33,996 nt of DNA from Asterionella formosa (GCA_002256025.1 NKIB01000276.1:1-33996), one strand, 5' to 3'; counted from the stretch's first letter, positions 21,422 to 33,002 are shown. The notes: generated by a model not told the origin, from the sequence alone. Numbers and translations: made by a program.

Positions 21422-21825
21422 ACGTGAAAGCGGTAAGGTGTCTACCAAGGCACAAGTGCAATTTTTTGTTAGTTTAAATGTACTATAAATCTTGATTGCG
21501 AAACACCATTTGTAATTTGCTGCCCAATTTCGATTTCAAGGATGGTATACGAACGGATTCTGGATTCCGTTCCGTAGTACACTCGTGTGTAGAATTCATT
21601 GTCTGTTACATGTGACGTGTTCATATGTTCTCATCCATCTGAACTACCCGTACTGGTACGTGTATACCAGTACGTAAATGGCAAAGTGTCCCGCAAAAAC
21701 TCAACATCACTCGTCGCAACAAAGCAAATAATATTATCCGCGGTAAATATCTCTTATACATAGCAAGCAATGTTGCGTTTTTGCTCCAGCCATTTTTTAT
21801 TGTTGCTGGTTTTTTTCCCCCTTCT

Positions 21826-22914
21826 ATGATACGAACGCTCAATTGGACTGGACTTGTTGTCGTCGCCACTTTTCCATTTTTCTGGTTGGTGATCGGTATT
21901 AGCGGACTATCCTCCCCTTCACCTAGCAATAATATCAAAATGTCAACTATCAACGATTCCGCTTGCGGCAGGAAGGTTCAATCGATCTTCCGGAGTCAAA
22001 ATATTCTTTTGACGGGCGCTTCAGGCGGTTTGGGTCGATCATTTGCATTGCAATTGGCGCACTGTGGGGTTGCTTCCATTATCTTGAGTGGTCGCAACGA
22101 AGAGTCCCTTCAACAGGTGGCTGACGAATGCAAATCCATCCAGGCGGGTATTATCATACATGTCATCACAGCTGACCTGGGGTCGCCTGCATCTGTCCAA
22201 GACCTAGCCAATAAGGCGCTGCAGGTAACATCTGCAAGAGTTGATATTCTGATCAACAATGGCGGTGTTTCTAGTCGATCCAGCTTTTTAGAAACTAAAC
22301 TCGAAGTGGATCAAACTCTGATGCAAATCAACTTCTTTGCTGGTGCGGCACTCGCAAAGGCAGTAGTTCCTGGGATGGTCGAACGAGGATTTGGAAAAAT
22401 TATATGGATCAGCAGTGTTCAAGGATTGATGGGAATACCTAACCGTACAAGCTATGCCGCTTCCAAATTTGCAGTCCAAGGCTATTGTGAAGCCCTGCGA
22501 GGTGAACTTGCAACGAGTGGCATTATGGTGCACGTAGCATCACCTGGATACATTCGAACCAACCTGAGTCGGTCGGCTATGACTGGTGATGGTCGGAAAC
22601 ATGGGCAAATGGACAAAACGACTGCCAATGGTGAGTGTGAAAAGTGCGAGTGCGCAGTTTTTAATGTGATGCGAGTTTGAAACTTTGGTGGTTGCGATAT
22701 ATTCGACTGAAACTTTCATTTATTGTTACCCGCAGGTTCACCACCAAATGAGGTTGCAGTAACCATCCTTGAAAATGTTGCAAAGGGGAAGGCGGATTTT
22801 GTCGTTGCAGCGGGTATTTCAGCAAAGGCGGCTATTTGGTTACGATTCTTTGCTCCTGCCTTGCTCCACAAGATTTTGGTCAAGCGCTACGAAAAGTCAT
22901 TAAAGGAAGGATAA
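21826..22914 (+). CDS. Short-chain dehydrogenase/reductase, DHRS7B-like; join(21826..22630,22736..22914), 327 aa
   Basis: TGASGGLG, DILINNGG, SSVQG and YAASK motifs; hydrophobic N-terminus; splicing restores ...TTANGSPPNEVA... Confidence 0.9.
22631..22735 (+). other. Spliceosomal GT-AG intron, 105 bp, phase 1
   Basis: Donor G/GTGAGT, candidate branch site gactgaa, acceptor ttacccgcag; joins the two ORFs in frame. Confidence 0.88.
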
Positions 22915-23373
22915 TTCGTCATCTCCCTGATTGTGTTGCTATTTTCATGTTAAGATATCGATTTTCCATTTCCATCTTGATGCTCCTATAAGGATTAAAA
23001 TGCACGATCGCCCATGCTTCAATGAATAAGAGTATTGTTCTCCTTCGGTTAAGGAGAAGAACCGAGCGACAACCGGGAATGCCCTAGGTAAAATCTCCGA
23101 ACATATTTTTCTAGTCTCTCATGTCATAACTCGGGGGATGTTGTCAACGCCCTTATTTAGTAGTTATTCTATTTCAAGATGACAGTACTAGCTATACGAG
23201 GAATGCTGAACATCACATATTTCAATTCTGATACTTCTTGGACTATACAAATTTTCCCCCATCCCTTTGCATAACTCAAGCAAGCACAAACACGTTCATT
23301 ACTTTGCCCCTACCTATTGGAGAAGTTTGTCATGGGCGAAAATTCCAGGAGATAGCGTCCCAGTATCCCCTTT

Positions 23374-24636
23374 TTAATTTCTCCAATCTTCATTAGTATT
23401 CAAATATTGATATTCCTGCGTCGTCGGATTCCAAACCATGCCTTCTTCCGCCACGTCTTGCTTCTTCATGGCAGCTTCTAACAATTTCTTACGTTCTTCC
23501 AATTCCTGTTGTCTTTGTCGTTCTTCGGCAGCTTTCTGTTCTGCGATCAACTGCCTAGCCCGGTGTTCGTCGCGTGCCTTTTTCGCCTGCGCATGAACGG
23601 GAATCAAGTTTCTCAATTCCTTTTCTAGTTTGTCGCAAAGCTCCAAGTCTTCAGCATCTTGCAGAAGCACCGAACGGCACCAGTGAATATACCGAATAGC
23701 TTCTCGTTCTAATGCTCGTCTGTCTTGTGCAATCTTGTATAGATTGACCTGCTCTTTCCTAACAAGGGATTGATAATCCTTAACCTTGTCAAAGGCCTCG
23801 AGTAGGTCGTCGCCCACCAGCTGTTCGATCCCAGTGTGTGTCAAGTGATCCTCATGAATTCCCGCGAGAATGGTTTTTGATGTTTCTAGGGACTGTTGTA
23901 ACGATGCCACGTTGTTCCACAAGTCCATGAGTGAGGTTGTTGACAGGACTGACTTGCGCCGTTTCTTGGGGTTGCGTCGCTTTCGTTTGGCCACTGGAGC
24001 ACGGTCTTGTATGCGCGTCGCATCAACCTTGACATTCAACAAAGACTCTTCGGAATAGTCAAAGAGAAAATCCTCATCATCGGAGGAAGCAACATCGGGT
24101 GCGAGCAAGTCCTCCAGAGAAGGGGATGTGGTAACGTTTGCAGGACTGGGAGGATCGGCGGCGGGTTGGTTGCCCTTTGCCGCCGCAACTTGTGGGGAGC
24201 TCGGAGAAAAGGAGCCTTGATCAGGCACTTCATTCGCCGCCCCATGCCGAAGTGACTCCAATCCCAATAATAGCTCTGAAATGAACCTTGGCGAATACAC
24301 GGCCCGATCACCCCAAATCTTGGCCGTTCTCCTGACTTTTTCAACAATGGTGCTATCCTGTCGACATATATACTGCAACGCCTGACCTAAAACGGGCGAG
24401 AAGGCCTCTAGGAACTTGGTACCTCGATTTCTTTTGGAGTTTTGTAGCACTTCGTTGCAGATGTATAGTAAGGGAAGGAGTTTGTCCGGGGATTTTGTGG
24501 CGTAAAGGCAGTTGCGCCACGCGTTGACGGCGACGCCTGCGGACTTGTCGTAGTGACGCATCATGGCAGCGGCAGCATTGTGAATGGAGGGCTGCGAGCC
24601 GTCCACGTTACAGAGCGTTTCGTGGAGAGATGCCAT
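23374..24636 (-). CDS. CTD-interacting domain (CID) protein, RPRD1/Rtt103-like, 420 aa
   Basis: SQPSI...W...KLLPLLYICNEVLQNSKR...F...IWGDRAVY CID pattern; NLS-like KRKRRNPKKRRK; C-terminal coiled coil. Confidence 0.85.
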   Translation of the reverse strand: MASLHETLCNVDGSQPSIHNAAAAMMRHYDKSAGVAVNAWRNCLYATKSPDKLLPLLYICNEVLQNSKRNRGTKFLEAFSPVLGQALQYICRQDSTIVEKVRRTAKIWGDRAVYSPRFISELLLGLESLRHGAANEVPDQGSFSPSSPQVAAAKGNQPAADPPSPANVTTSPSLEDLLAPDVASSDDEDFLFDYSEESLLNVKVDATRIQDRAPVAKRKRRNPKKRRKSVLSTTSLMDLWNNVASLQQSLETSKTILAGIHEDHLTHTGIEQLVGDDLLEAFDKVKDYQSLVRKEQVNLYKIAQDRRALEREAIRYIHWCRSVLLQDAEDLELCDKLEKELRNLIPVHAQAKKARDEHRARQLIAEQKAAEERQRQQELEERKKLLEAAMKKQDVAEEGMVWNPTTQEYQYLNTNEDWRN

Positions 24637-25259
24637 AACGACAAACTAATAGGGGTAATGACACTTTAATCTAACTATACAAACACGTAATTGTGTGCTA
24701 AATGGCAAGTGATAAATGTCGAATAATGAAATTGACCTTCTTGTCAACGATGCTGGATAGTTCAACCTTTCGCATCAACGTTACTAGAATTGGCAGGCCC
24801 TTGACTAAGTAATCGTATGAATCTTTGAGCGGCAATGAGTATGAAGAAGTGGGGGAAATGTTGGCAATAGTAAGAAGAAATGGAACGATGGTGTGGTTGT
24901 CCGCAACAAGCAAGATTAATTACCGGTAGATGGCCATAAGGAAGCAATCCACTCGGAGCAGCGCTGGGGTTTTGCCTGTTTTTTTCATGCAGAAAAAAAA
25001 TTCGTTATTACTACATATGTAGTGGTATGTACAGTTGTCAAATTACCAACAGGCAGCAAGGAGAAGAAGATCCAGCTCCAGCTTGTTTCGCAACAGTATA
25101 CCGGTATATAGACTATTAGCGTACCGGTATCAGCTACCGGTAGATATTGCGGTACTATGATTGTTTACGCACTGGAACAAATCAGAACTTTGAATACTGA
25201 TAGTCGACCGTATATATACGTAGCTTCGCTAGCGATGCGTTCATAATCCATACAGCACT

Positions 25260-25336
25260 TGGTACCAGGCACTGGGTACCAGTACCAGCTACACCACCAG
25301 GTAGTTAGTACCAGGTACCAGGGTACCAGTACCAGG
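25260..25336. repeat. GGTACC/ACCAGGT motif cluster in the divergent intergenic region between the CID and rhodanese genes
   Basis: ggtaccaggcactgggtaccagtaccag...gtaccaggtaccagggtaccagtaccagg; taccggta words at about 25099-25142. Confidence 0.75.
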
Positions 25337-25571
25337 TGCGATCTCCTGGACCACTCGCTCGACATCTCTGATGGCCACCATAAGAATAACCCACCACCAC
25401 CATTTTATGCAACAACGCACTGACTGGCACCACACGATAAGCAAGGCAAGACACTGAGGGCCTTGCATCACCATGATGCTTCCTTTTGTTGATTGATGTA
25501 TTCACATCCACCTGCCGCTGTCCTCCTACCATTAAACACATTCAATCTCAGCTTTGAATCGCCACTGTACA

Positions 25572-27038
25572 ATGGCGACGACCAGCAAACAAGTCGTTCT
25601 TGCAGAAAACTCCAAATCGGTTGCCGGCCGAGCGCTGCCTCCATGCGAAGAGCCTTACGCCGACGAGTCTGTCTACGGGACCATCCTCTTGTTCTATCAA
25701 TACAAGGAACCAGTATGGACCAAACAAGAGCACAAGACAGTTCTGAAGCAGGTTCTCACCATTGGAGCATCCCTTGACATTACTGGCCGCGGTCGCGTGG
25801 CTCCAGAGGGCGTCAATTGCACATTGACCGGCTCACCCACCAAGGTCCGACAGTTTTGTCAGGCTCTGCGAGAGTACAATGCCATCTTTTTGAACACGGA
25901 CTTTAAGCTCACTGACGGCGTCACAAAAGACAAGCTATTCAAATCACTAAGCATTCGCAAGACCACAGAACTCGTGGCATACGGGTTAAGTGGAGACAAG
26001 GCCCCCTCCTTGGAACATTTTGCAGGAACGCACTTGGAAGCGAAGGACTATCACGACGCCATGCTAGATCCTAACACGGTTGTCATTGATGTTAGGAATG
26101 CCTATGAAACGACGATTGGGAGATTCCAACCTCCGCCGGGAGGGGCAACATTGGTGGACCCCAAGATGCGGAATAGCATTGAATTCCCAAAGTGGCTGCA
26201 TGATCCAGCTACCCAAAGGCAGTTGAACGGAAAGAAGGTACTCATGTACTGCACTGGTGGGATCAGATGCGAACGAGCGACGGCGTTGTTGAATCAAATA
26301 TCTACTGTGAATCCTGCAGTGAAGCCGAATGGAGTATATCACATGCAGGGCGGGATTGAACGGTATTTAAAGACTTTTCCTGATGGGGGATTGTGGAAGG
26401 GAGCTAACTATTTATTTGATCGAAGGATGGAGCAACTTCCAGGGAACAAGACTGCGTTGGAGGATATCACCTCCACCTGCGTTGTATGTCGGCAACCGCA
26501 TGCGCACTATCGGGGGAAATTCAAGTGTGCTCAAGGATCGTGTGGGGTTCCAGTCATTGTCTGCGACGACTGCAAACAAAAAGCAACGGAAAAACCAAAG
26601 ATACTTACATGTGACTTATGTCGGGAAGGATACAAAGCACCCCAATTGATGCCAGACTTGGCCGGGATGAAACGCAAGGCTGAACGTCTTGTCAGTGTCA
26701 ATGGATCAAAACAAGCCAAGTGCGTTGATAATCTCTCATCGTGCGAAGATCGCCTCTTTTTGTCTCGACTCCCACTGACAACCACAAGGACAAAAATATC
26801 AGATGCTCTCGGCGGCGGGGTCAAGATTGTACATTGGTTGACTGATAGTAAAACCGGGGCATTTTATGGATCAGCCATAGTGCAGATGGAGACAGTCAAA
26901 GATGCCGAGCGAGCGACTCGAATGGTGCTTCAGCTCGACAAGAAAAAGGGGCGCTTGACTTATTGTCAGCGCAAAGAAACGGACGTTTGGCCACCTGTTG
27001 GTCATCAGGAACGCGAATACCCTCCGGTGGGAAGTTGA
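25572..27038 (+). CDS. TrhO/YceA/TSTD2-family rhodanese-domain protein with C-terminal RRM, 488 aa
   Basis: LLFYQY, GRGRVAPEGVNCTL, VIDVRNAYETTIGRF, MYCTGGIRCERA, GGIERYL and NYLFDRR; Cys-rich C-terminal domain; RNP2-like LFLSRL and RNP1-like FYGSAIVQM. First ATG is at 25572. Confidence 0.88.
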   Translation: MATTSKQVVLAENSKSVAGRALPPCEEPYADESVYGTILLFYQYKEPVWTKQEHKTVLKQVLTIGASLDITGRGRVAPEGVNCTLTGSPTKVRQFCQALREYNAIFLNTDFKLTDGVTKDKLFKSLSIRKTTELVAYGLSGDKAPSLEHFAGTHLEAKDYHDAMLDPNTVVIDVRNAYETTIGRFQPPPGGATLVDPKMRNSIEFPKWLHDPATQRQLNGKKVLMYCTGGIRCERATALLNQISTVNPAVKPNGVYHMQGGIERYLKTFPDGGLWKGANYLFDRRMEQLPGNKTALEDITSTCVVCRQPHAHYRGKFKCAQGSCGVPVIVCDDCKQKATEKPKILTCDLCREGYKAPQLMPDLAGMKRKAERLVSVNGSKQAKCVDNLSSCEDRLFLSRLPLTTTRTKISDALGGGVKIVHWLTDSKTGAFYGSAIVQMETVKDAERATRMVLQLDKKKGRLTYCQRKETDVWPPVGHQEREYPPVGS

Positions 27039-27835
27039 AAGGTACGCCGACTTCGTCTTGTTTATATCTTGTCGCACTTGAGAATGATGTAAATGCCGCA
27101 GTGCCCGAGGAATAAGCCCCGAGGGTCTGACTAAACGAGGTGCCTGTTGGAATCGGTCGGAGTCAAATACCGATTTCACGGACCATTTTATATTACCCTT
27201 GACGTTCGGCATCACCACTGATTCAAGTTTCTGCTACGAGATGATATTGGTTGATCGCTTGACAATTTTTCTCTGAGCTAACTTTAGCCAATCTTTTTGC
27301 AGGTTCCAAGAAAATGGGCTTCCCACTTCCTGGAAGATCCGTCGGCTTGTATGTAATGAGCTCAACCTCATCAATTTCTGATTTATACTTGCCATTTTCT
27401 GCTCCCTTCAACTTTGAAGGAATGATCATTGGACTATGTAAGTATGGGTAACGCGAGTATTCCCAGAACTAATTTGAAGGGTGACTACACGAGAAACTAA
27501 CGCAGAAACGGACTACAAAGTAATACTTGGATTGAAAAAAAATTGTTGAATGTTGCTGTTTATGCGACGTGACTAAGCTGTTCAGACGATCTCGGTATCT
27601 TTGTCAGGCGAAGGCAAATGAATTTAAAACAACAGAAAAACTAAGACATTTTACTAAACATGTTCAGTTCATACCAACCATTCCTAAAGTAGATAGCCTC
27701 AGAAACAAAAAGTTTTCCAATAATTACTGATCTATTCTCGTTTAAAATGACAAAACATCAAGGTCAATATGCACCTGTCACATTGTTGCACACCAGTCTC
27801 CCTTCCTCATGTAGATCTTGCGGCAAATTTCTAGT

Positions 27836-28136
27836 CCATCTCACGACATCGATGCAGAGGAAGGGCGTAGTTGAGCCACTTGTTATGTTCGTACACTTCC
27901 TTGGTTTCTTCCATAAATTCATCAAGCACTTCCAGTGACGATTCCAACTGACTGTCCAAGCTGTTGTAGAATTCAACAACATCTTCCTCATTAGTGCAAA
28001 GTCTTATAATCAACCATACAGGAAGTCCTTCGAGGGATTTCAGGGCATTCACAAGGTACCTTTTCGTGCTTTCATTGCATGTACTAAAGCCATCGGTAGC
28101 CAAAATAACGGCAACCTTTGTTCCATGTTGTCGCAA
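27836..28136 (-). pseudogene. Internal fragment (about 300 bp) of the VWA gene at 33172-33996
   Basis: Aligns to 33441-33756 with high identity; has a 15-bp deletion; homology ends abruptly on both sides; stop directly after REMD. Confidence 0.88.
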
Positions 28137-28276
28137 AATGTGAGTAAGCAAATCGTGTTTCGAGCACGATGAGGTTCGGCCTAAAATTATACCGTATATG
28201 TTTATGACGTCATGTATTTTTCCATATAACGGTGAGAAAATACGGAAGTCGAAAAGAATGCTATCGGTATGACACT

Positions 28277-28397
28277 CTGGTACGTGTACCCTGGGGCGTA
28301 CGATAGGTACCAGGTCATGATTCAGAGGAACTATCTTATGACCTGGTACCAGGTACCTGGTACTCTGTACCAAGTACCATGATGTACGATTAGTACC
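28277..28397. repeat. GGTACC/CCWGG motif cluster upstream of the cyclin gene
   Basis: acctggtaccaggtacctggtac at 28341-28363, containing the palindrome acctggtaccaggt. Confidence 0.75.
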
Positions 28398-28580
28398 AGC
28401 TATATAAAATGCGGCTGAAAATAATGATGTACCCGGAGCATGAATACAAGACACACAAAACATTCATCTATCGCAAAGATGTAACGGTGATGATAAAGGT
28501 GTGCTTTGCATCACCTTTTATTACTCTAAACCTGTTTCTTTTGGCTAACAACGATAGAGGGGGCAATAGTCGCGTGAAAC

Positions 28581-29351
28581 ATGTTGAAGGGCCCTTCAAC
28601 GGACGAAAATGATCAATTCTTGCGACATGATGATCTAGAGCTCGTGCCCCCTCTGGCTGAATACAAGGCAGACAATCACGTCCTGATAGATCCACTCCTT
28701 AAAAAGCTATGGATAGCTTGTCATATCCTGGAATTAGGCCACGAAACTCGATTTGCGGTTCTTGTCCTGCTACATCGCTACTATGCGTACTCGACTGGCG
28801 ACGAAGATTTGCAGTGGCGATGGATTGGGGCAGCTTGTATTGTGCTGGGCTGCAAAATGGAAGAAACACCAAGAAGGTTAAGAGATGTTGTCAACGTTTC
28901 TATCATGTTGGACTTTAGTTTGGAGGCCGGCACAGATTCAAGAGTGGCTATTATGCCTCAGCCTCCCGACTTGAATGCCGATTATTGGAAGGCAAAGGAA
29001 GAAATCGTCCGGACAGAGCAAGCCGTGCTGAGAGTATTGGCTTTCGAGGTAACTATATCTCATCCGCATCGTCTAGTAAAGATACTCTTGGAGACGGATG
29101 CTCTTCAGCAGTCTGATTTGCTACTGAGCTCTTGGCGGCGACTAAACGATGCCCTTTTTTGGGCTCCAGCTCTCACACATTCAGCGCCGGAGATTGCTCT
29201 CGCTGCTATTCAGTTGTCCCGTGAAGAGGTGGAAGAATCCTTACCATTGGAAAATAATATTTTGATGCTTTTTGGAGTAGATAACGAGAGTCTTCAGCAC
29301 ACAATTTCTGACTTGATGACGGCAACAACGAGGCTACACTTGCAAGATTGA
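28581..29351 (+). CDS. Transcriptional-type cyclin (cyclin L/K/T/M-like), 256 aa
   Basis: AVLVLLHRYY, GAACIVLGCKMEETPRRLRDVVNV, EQAVLRVLAFEVTISHPH and APEIALAAIQL. Confidence 0.85.
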   Translation: MLKGPSTDENDQFLRHDDLELVPPLAEYKADNHVLIDPLLKKLWIACHILELGHETRFAVLVLLHRYYAYSTGDEDLQWRWIGAACIVLGCKMEETPRRLRDVVNVSIMLDFSLEAGTDSRVAIMPQPPDLNADYWKAKEEIVRTEQAVLRVLAFEVTISHPHRLVKILLETDALQQSDLLLSSWRRLNDALFWAPALTHSAPEIALAAIQLSREEVEESLPLENNILMLFGVDNESLQHTISDLMTATTRLHLQD

Positions 29352-29501
29352 CCTTTGACGATTGAGGAAAAATTGGATTCCCTGAACCGTCAAATGTTTC
29401 ACATGTCTTTTCAGATTATTGTACCATGCAGGTTTTGTGGTGGAACACTCATCTAAAATAGAGCTGTAGAAAATTGAGATCAATATCATGCACTTGTCAT
29501 G

Positions 29502-30689
29502 TTACATGATTGCACATCTACATCCACTACCTTGCCCATAGGCATGCTCCTTGTAGGTCTCAGCCAATTTCTTCACATCCACCCATGGACTTAACTTCTT
29601 TGTAATAGGGTTCCATTGCATGGGCTCCATCTCTAACAATTTACTCACATGCAGAAGAAAGCCTTTCATGTCACCTTGAGGGTCAAACCTCATGACAGAA
29701 TCATCTAACAGTAGTCTGAGGAATTGTCGGACTTCGTCAATAGCCAACTGTTTTTCATCAAGCAAGTCAAATAGCTTATTGCTGTAACCCATCTCACGGC
29801 ATCGGTGTAGAGGAAGGGCATAGTTGAGCCACTTGTTATGCTCGTACACTTCCTTGGCTTCCTCCATGAAATCGTCGAGAACTTCCAATGACAATTCCAA
29901 CTGGCTGTCCAAGTTATTGTAGAATTCAACAACATCTTCCTCGTCAGTACATAGTCTTATAACCAACCACACAGGAAGTCCTTTAAGGGAGTTCAATGCG
30001 TTTACAAAGTCCTTCTTCGTATGGTCATCGCACATACCAAATCGATCAGTAGGAAGTCCATCGGTAGCCAAAATGATGGCAACCTTGGTTCCGTCTTGTT
30101 GCAATGTCGGTAGCAGTTCCATCAAATTTCGTCGAATCTCATGAACATGTGCAACCAATGGAGTAACGCCATCTGGAGTTGTATTAATCATTACAGAACT
30201 GGCTTGGGCGACTTCCTGCTCGAGATCTCCTTGTCCATTTTCACCAATGCTAAATTGCTGGGGCCCAACTGCTCTTCCAGGATCATTTAGGAGACGAAAG
30301 ACTGTTGGAGCTTGCAAAAGAGCTGCCATTTGGACATGATAATCGACTGTCTGCTGAATCTCATTCCATCGTGTGCAGGAGACCATCTTGACATGTTTGT
30401 TTTCGTTTGATTCAACTAGTCGATGTCCATCCGATGTAACCATGGACCCGGAATTATCAACTACCCAGATCCGCAAGGGAAAGGCTGCATTATTCTGTGT
30501 CATGGTCCTGGCCAAACCATGGGTAAATCCTTGTTCCCGCATGGCGTCGATCTCTATACTTGACATGGCTTTTGATTTTTGTATTGGCATCTTGATATGA
30601 CTTACGCGGCCCATGTTGAAATTTTGCGGGGGTGGCATTGCTGTGTCCCCTACAGGCACGTAATAGATTGGGATATCATCGACGTTCAT
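29502..30689 (-). CDS. VWA-domain protein with C-terminal CaaX (CAIM), 395 aa
   Basis: MIDAS elements RIWVVDNSGSM, GVTPL and IILATDGLP; ends GSGCRCAIM*. Confidence 0.88.
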   Translation of the reverse strand: MNVDDIPIYYVPVGDTAMPPPQNFNMGRVSHIKMPIQKSKAMSSIEIDAMREQGFTHGLARTMTQNNAAFPLRIWVVDNSGSMVTSDGHRLVESNENKHVKMVSCTRWNEIQQTVDYHVQMAALLQAPTVFRLLNDPGRAVGPQQFSIGENGQGDLEQEVAQASSVMINTTPDGVTPLVAHVHEIRRNLMELLPTLQQDGTKVAIILATDGLPTDRFGMCDDHTKKDFVNALNSLKGLPVWLVIRLCTDEEDVVEFYNNLDSQLELSLEVLDDFMEEAKEVYEHNKWLNYALPLHRCREMGYSNKLFDLLDEKQLAIDEVRQFLRLLLDDSVMRFDPQGDMKGFLLHVSKLLEMEPMQWNPITKKLSPWVDVKKLAETYKEHAYGQGSGCRCAIM

Positions 30690-31059
30690 CTCTTGCTGGC
30701 CTTAATCTCTTCTTAATTTGCAATTTCTTTGGCCTCCTGTATTGTGATTTTGGCAACAAGGATGACAGCTCCTCACAAGCAAATTCTTTTTTTAGTCGTG
30801 GCTATACTAGCTTCACAAATTACCGGTAGGATCCCGAACTTGAGCATCAACCAGACGCCAAACAATGTTACTAAACTACCTGTATCATGTAGAGTCAACT
30901 TGTAGAGAGTGATTTACTATACCGGTATGTGCCAGGTATGATGACATTTCGATGCATGAGATCCCGAACCCTTGTTAACAGTCCCAGGTTTCACGATTGA
31001 ATCTTGTTGATGGTGCTACTAGGGTCATACGGAACATACGGGCTTACGCTAAGTTGCAT

Positions 31060-31116
31060 ACCAGTACCGGTATACCGGTACCAGGTACCAGGAACCAGGA
31101 ACCAGGTACCAGGTAC
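31060..31116. repeat. 7-bp tandem (ACCAGGW)x5 plus TACCGGTA words upstream of the VWA gene
   Basis: accaggt accagga accagga accaggt accaggt at 31080-31114, preceded by taccggtataccggta. Confidence 0.85.
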
Positions 31117-32935
31117 TGATTATCATGATAGTCGTATCTTAGCATTTTATAAACCAAATAAAATACAGGTACTCGGAATTTAGTTTCATAGTGTTTATGC
31201 ATGTCTTCCGGTAGGTGCTGGTATGTATACCGGTAGTCTAGAAGTCTAGGCAGAATACCTTTGTTTGTCCATTGCAATACATACTTCTTGTTCAAATTTA
31301 TCGCATATAATCTATGCATTTATGTACCAGCCAGGGTATAAGATCCTTGGCAACCAGCACTACATTTGCCATTACTAGGATGATCTTGTTTCACCACCCC
31401 ACATTAAGGGTACAGCTTCAGCCATCCAATATAGCTTTGAATTTTGGCCTTCATTGTAGAACTCTACCTATAATTGATCCTAAATATGCCATACTAAAGT
31501 AGTTCAGCCACAGCATTTATGCTTGGATATGAGCACTTATACTGGCAGGATCTACTATGGTGAATATGATCATCAGACTTCTCCAGTCCCAACTTTAGCT
31601 GACATTGCAAGGTTTTTACATATCAAAAATGGTGCACAAGAAAAAGAATTTTAAAAAATTTCTCTTTTAATCAACAGTTGAATCGTTCCGAGCGATCAGC
31701 TCATATAGCTAGAAGAAGACAGCAGTTAAGTGAGCAGTAGCAAGGCAACTACGTCTACTATGCTCAAGGCCAATGGTGAAATTATGAACAAATGACGAGG
31801 AGGATATGATCAAAGCTATGCTAGATTTGCAATATAGACTAATATCATTCACAGAGCAAGGATCATGATTTAAATATAATAAGAAGGTCACTGCAAGCAA
31901 GGTCTACATAGTCATGCATTGAGGATCAGTCTGGGAATATTTTAGTGACTAGGTTTTGCACATATCCCCAGCTCCCCCACCATAAAATCCAGGGACCACA
32001 TGCATCTACAAGACTGCAGAGTTGGTTCCTTTCAAAAGAGTCTTGGCCTTAAGGAAAAGCTCTCCATAGGCTTATGTTTGAGTTGATTGATATGCTGCTG
32101 CCATGATAGATTTTTGGATATATGTTGACTGTGCAGACTATGGATGAGAACTGTGTGAATTATTTACTAATAGTTGGATGATGGTCAAGATTAAAGGTCT
32201 CCTTTGCGCTTACAGTGGCGCTTTGAGAACTTTGTTTGGCTGAACGAAAATTGCATTGTATAATATATTCTGCTTTCCTTGGAATTCTGCACATCAGCAG
32301 TCCACTCTTGGATCAAACATAAATCAAAGTTGAACATTTTCAAACCTTTTGACATTGCATCTTGACAATTAACCAACAATTCATTATTCTTGTGTTCAAT
32401 CATCGCAAATTAGGCTGCTAGTAGTACAGGTGGAATATACAAGACTAAATTTTAACACGTCTTAACTATTCGAACGTTCGACACACATACCGGTAGTGTA
32501 TTTCATTTGCTTGTTCTCTTTTGCTGGATAATATTTTTGCACCAATTTTTGCTTTTTAGCCTTGTCAATATATATGTGCTAGAAAAAACTGATTAATGAC
32601 CAAACGTCGAAATTTCATTGACCAAATGATATCATGACCTTCAATTGACTTTTTCTTTTTGTCGATATGGTGTGGGCTATGGATACCCTTCCTCTAGGCT
32701 GGTTGTTATTGCAAAAGTCTAATCTATAACATATTATTGTGATATGACTGATGTGGTCACATATAATTTTGATGATCCAAATGCATAGTACAAAATATTC
32801 TATCATTAATGCATACATTTGACCTCAACAATATCTTTCTTATTTCTAATTAAAAATAGAAATATCACATACTTAGAGAAATATACATTCAAAGATCATA
32901 CCTGAATACCCAACTGCTCCAGGAAGAGAGAAAAG

Positions 32936-33002
32936 TTCATTCTTGTCTTGCACAACAATACGAGATATTATACCTTTCATTCTTTTCTTGCACAACAATA
33001 CG
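32936..33002. repeat. 27-bp direct repeat x2 (1 mismatch) in the 3' flank of the second VWA gene
   Basis: ttcattcttKtcttgcacaacaatacg at 32936-32962 and 32976-33002. Confidence 0.85.

Noticed and set aside
26871..27429. Two short - strand ORFs downstream of the rhodanese gene
   Set aside because: No recognisable motif and no splice path I can support; needs RNA-seq.
27831..28463. 210-aa ORF as an intact third VWA gene
   Set aside because: Starts at TTG; the N-terminal half derives from the GGTACC island and unrelated DNA; lacks the DxSxS motif and the C-terminus.
23374..29351. CID protein near a transcriptional cyclin (and RRN7 further left) as a functional cluster
   Set aside because: Eukaryotic genes in mixed orientation with unrelated genes between them; no evidence beyond coincidence.
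32936..33002. 27-bp repeat pair as a mini-CRISPR
   Set aside because: Only two copies with a 13-bp spacer; a simple local duplication.
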